This document shows positions 63,436-64,000 of a DNA stretch of 64,000 nt, in pieces. Both the position numbers and the translations under genes were made by a program. The stretch covers positions 4,154,001 to 4,218,000 of the forward strand of contig CP075497.1 in NCBI GenBank assembly GCA_021613535.1, in the 5' to 3' direction. Under the pieces are notes generated by a model. The model made no database searches, was not told the DNA's origin, and was given only the letters and a program-made list of their open reading frames with translations. Position 1 is the first letter of the stretch. Every line of letters begins with the position of its first letter. This DNA comes from Adineta vaga (Eukaryota; Animalia; Rotifera).

Positions 63436-63844
63436 CTACAATACATTCATCTTTCATACTTCAATCTTCATCGAAAACAAAAACAACAATATCAATCCTT
63501 TCTGTATATTCAATCTATGAAATTCTATTATCATGCCTAGAAATCTAGTCAGCATATAAATAAAATTACAAGTAATACATGTATATGAGTATATTAATAC
63601 TAAATCTCGAATAAATTAAAACAAGTATGAAAAAAATAGAACGATCTTTTGTTTTTAAGCATTGGTGAATAAACAAATCTTCGTTATAATAAATAGGATT
63701 GACACTATTATCGAGTTCTACAAACGGAAAAAATTCAATTGTTTTTATCAAGCGCGGATAAATAAAACTAACACCTGAGCTTCACAAATATTTAACCTAT
63801 CACAGATAGGTTCACAAATACATCTACATATCAACTTTTCTTTT

Positions 63845-63979
63845 CTATGCATAATAATTCGGTGACACAAGAACATCAGCAAGAATTACAAGTTGATCTT
63901 CTGTGAACTTCTCACGATGTTCATGCCACGAATCATAATGAGTTCGACGAAATTCAGATAATGATTTCTTGATCGATTT
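63845..63979 (-). CDS. PSME4: Last exon of proteasome activator PA200 (gene continues beyond the window)
   Basis: After acceptor tttgtag: [44 protein letters not shown], the PA200/Blm10 C-terminus with the YYA HbYX motif. Confidence 0.92.
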   Translation of the reverse strand, partial: KSIKKSLSEFRRTHYDSWHEHREKFTEDQLVILADVLVSPNYYA

Positions 63980-64000
63980 CTACAAAACAAAACAAACAAA

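Noticed and set aside
1-64000. tRNA, rRNA, CRISPR arrays, transposase or reverse-transcriptase ORFs, telomeric repeats
   Set aside because: None recognised by eye; short MITEs or divergent ncRNAs cannot be excluded without searches.

Overview
AT-rich eukaryotic genomic DNA, gene-dense, with many ~50-60 nt GT-AG introns. The metazoan gene content, a two-DBD nuclear receptor, bacterial-type genes and the short introns suggest a bdelloid rotifer (inference). About 23 protein-coding loci could be rebuilt by manual splicing. In order: a truncated secreted orphan, C1QBP, PTGES3/p23, a minimal Polyhomeotic-like protein, two tandem bZIPs, a 2DBD nuclear receptor, Sp6-9, an intronless LGR-type GPCR, GCH1, complexin, a membrane orphan, SHC, CDC34/UBE2R, PTPN9, a secreted LURP-one-related protein, an orphan, an intronless bacterial-type sphingomyelinase C, BAZ2/toutatis, EEF1G, caveolin, SETD3 and the last exon of PSME4. 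No rRNA, tRNA, CRISPR array or intact transposon was recognised. Four observations stand out. (1) The first bZIP gene carries a 90-codon upstream ORF with coding-like codon usage; it ends at ATT-TAA, one nucleotide out of frame with the bZIP ORF, suggesting a bicistronic uORF or a +1 frameshift switch. (2) A probably horizontally acquired sphingomyelinase with a C-terminal extension lies near a secreted LOR-family gene. (3) The 2DBD nuclear receptor has a degenerate LBD. (4) Complexin, GCH1 and PTPN9 have hidden alternative first exons. Family assignments come from recalled motifs; no database search was run.
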